Both the position numbers and the translations under genes were made by a program. Below, one piece after another: positions 63,068 through 64,000 of a DNA stretch of 64,000 nt (position 1 is its first letter; each line of letters opens with the position of its first letter). The notes under the pieces were generated by a model, which ran no database searches, was not told where the DNA came from, and was given only the letters and a program-made list of their open reading frames with translations. The DNA lies in contig NW_015173751.1 of assembly GCF_001447785.1 (NCBI RefSeq), positions 18,875 through 82,874 of the forward strand, written 5' to 3'. Source of the DNA: Gekko japonicus. Its lineage: Eukaryota.

Positions 63068-64000
63068 GGAGTAGGGTTTTAGTTATTTTTGGGAGGGGGC
63101 CATTGCCCGGTGTCATTGAGGGTAAGTTGACTTAACATTTAAACAGAACACAGTCAGTGGGTTCTTCATGCCTTGGTGTCATCCTAGCTTAGCAGTTGAG
63201 CTAAATATATACATATCAGGAATTTCAACACTGGGTCAGCCACCTGTCTTGCTGCAGGATGGCTGTCTGCTTTTTATTTTTTTAAAAAAATAGCAGATGT
63301 ACCCTTTCTAATTTGTACATGGATTTTAAAAACCCTACAGACATTTTAAAAACTGGTGGAAAACTGCATCTGTAGAGTAGAAAGTGTGAATTAGTGACGT
63401 TACAGGCACTATCTAGTTGAGGTCTTCCACAGATGATTTTTCCTGAAGACCTGCAGAAGTGGTTTTTTAGGGCTCACTTGGCCAGAAGACAGCAAATGTT
63501 GATATTAAACATGGTAGGTGTTCTTCCAAGTTGGTCTTACTATCCTAATTATTCTCTTTATGTTAACAACTGTGAGACCAGCAGAAAATCAACAGTTTGT
63601 GTAGGATGCAAGTATGGTATTAAAAGCTTTGCCTACCCTGGCTCAAAAGCCAATTTAGAATGGAAAAATCCTGATTTAATATGAAATTGCTGAAGAACTA
63701 TTATCATCAGAATAGTTCTCAACTACACCAAGTAGTCTAAAGGTCACACAAAAAAGGGAATATCATTGCTGTGTCACAGTTCAAACACATATTTTACTAT
63801 ACGTATGCAACCCTTGGATGACCCTGTGCTATAGGATAGCTAGCTGTTTTACTGCAGCACCTGGAAAAATACATGTTTCCAACATAATTTTTATCACAGT
63901 GGGTTCTGTGTGGCTCACATTGAGGTCCATATGGTTTTACACAGACTGGAAAGGATATTCCCTATATTGCCTTTCAAAAGCTGTAGGCAATATAGGGAAA

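Noticed and set aside
63958-63999. 15-bp perfect inverted repeat resembling a terminator or pre-miRNA
   Set aside because: At the window edge and most likely the centre of another palindromic MITE.

Overview
Vertebrate nuclear DNA from a draft assembly (five N gaps), almost certainly a squamate reptile and probably a gecko, judged from Sauria-type, Squam3-type and 5S-derived SINEs plus CR1, L2, L1, RTE-like and Penelope relics. I found no intact host gene; the window looks like a gene desert or a large intron dominated by transposable elements, with a few AT-rich, enhancer-like islands. The one recognisable host-derived coding sequence is a 5'-truncated SLC38A9 retrocopy (minus strand, 4286-4685) fused tail-to-tail to an L2 fragment. 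Most interesting observations: (1) three divergent copies of a chimeric SINE with a Sauria-type head, a CpG-rich, T-poor variable core and an L2-type tail; (2) two TSD-flanked, ORF2-less retrotransposons, one encoding an L1 ORF1p (HAL1-like) and one an orphan helical ORF; (3) a CpG-rich, 190-codon degenerate frame at 39.6-40.1 kb whose internal stops are all TGA, possibly an endogenous viral element; (4) a 38-bp SINE stub flanked by a 140-bp duplication; (5) minimal hammerhead ribozyme cores in Penelope ends. All family names come from motif recognition by eye, not from database searches, and coordinates were counted manually.
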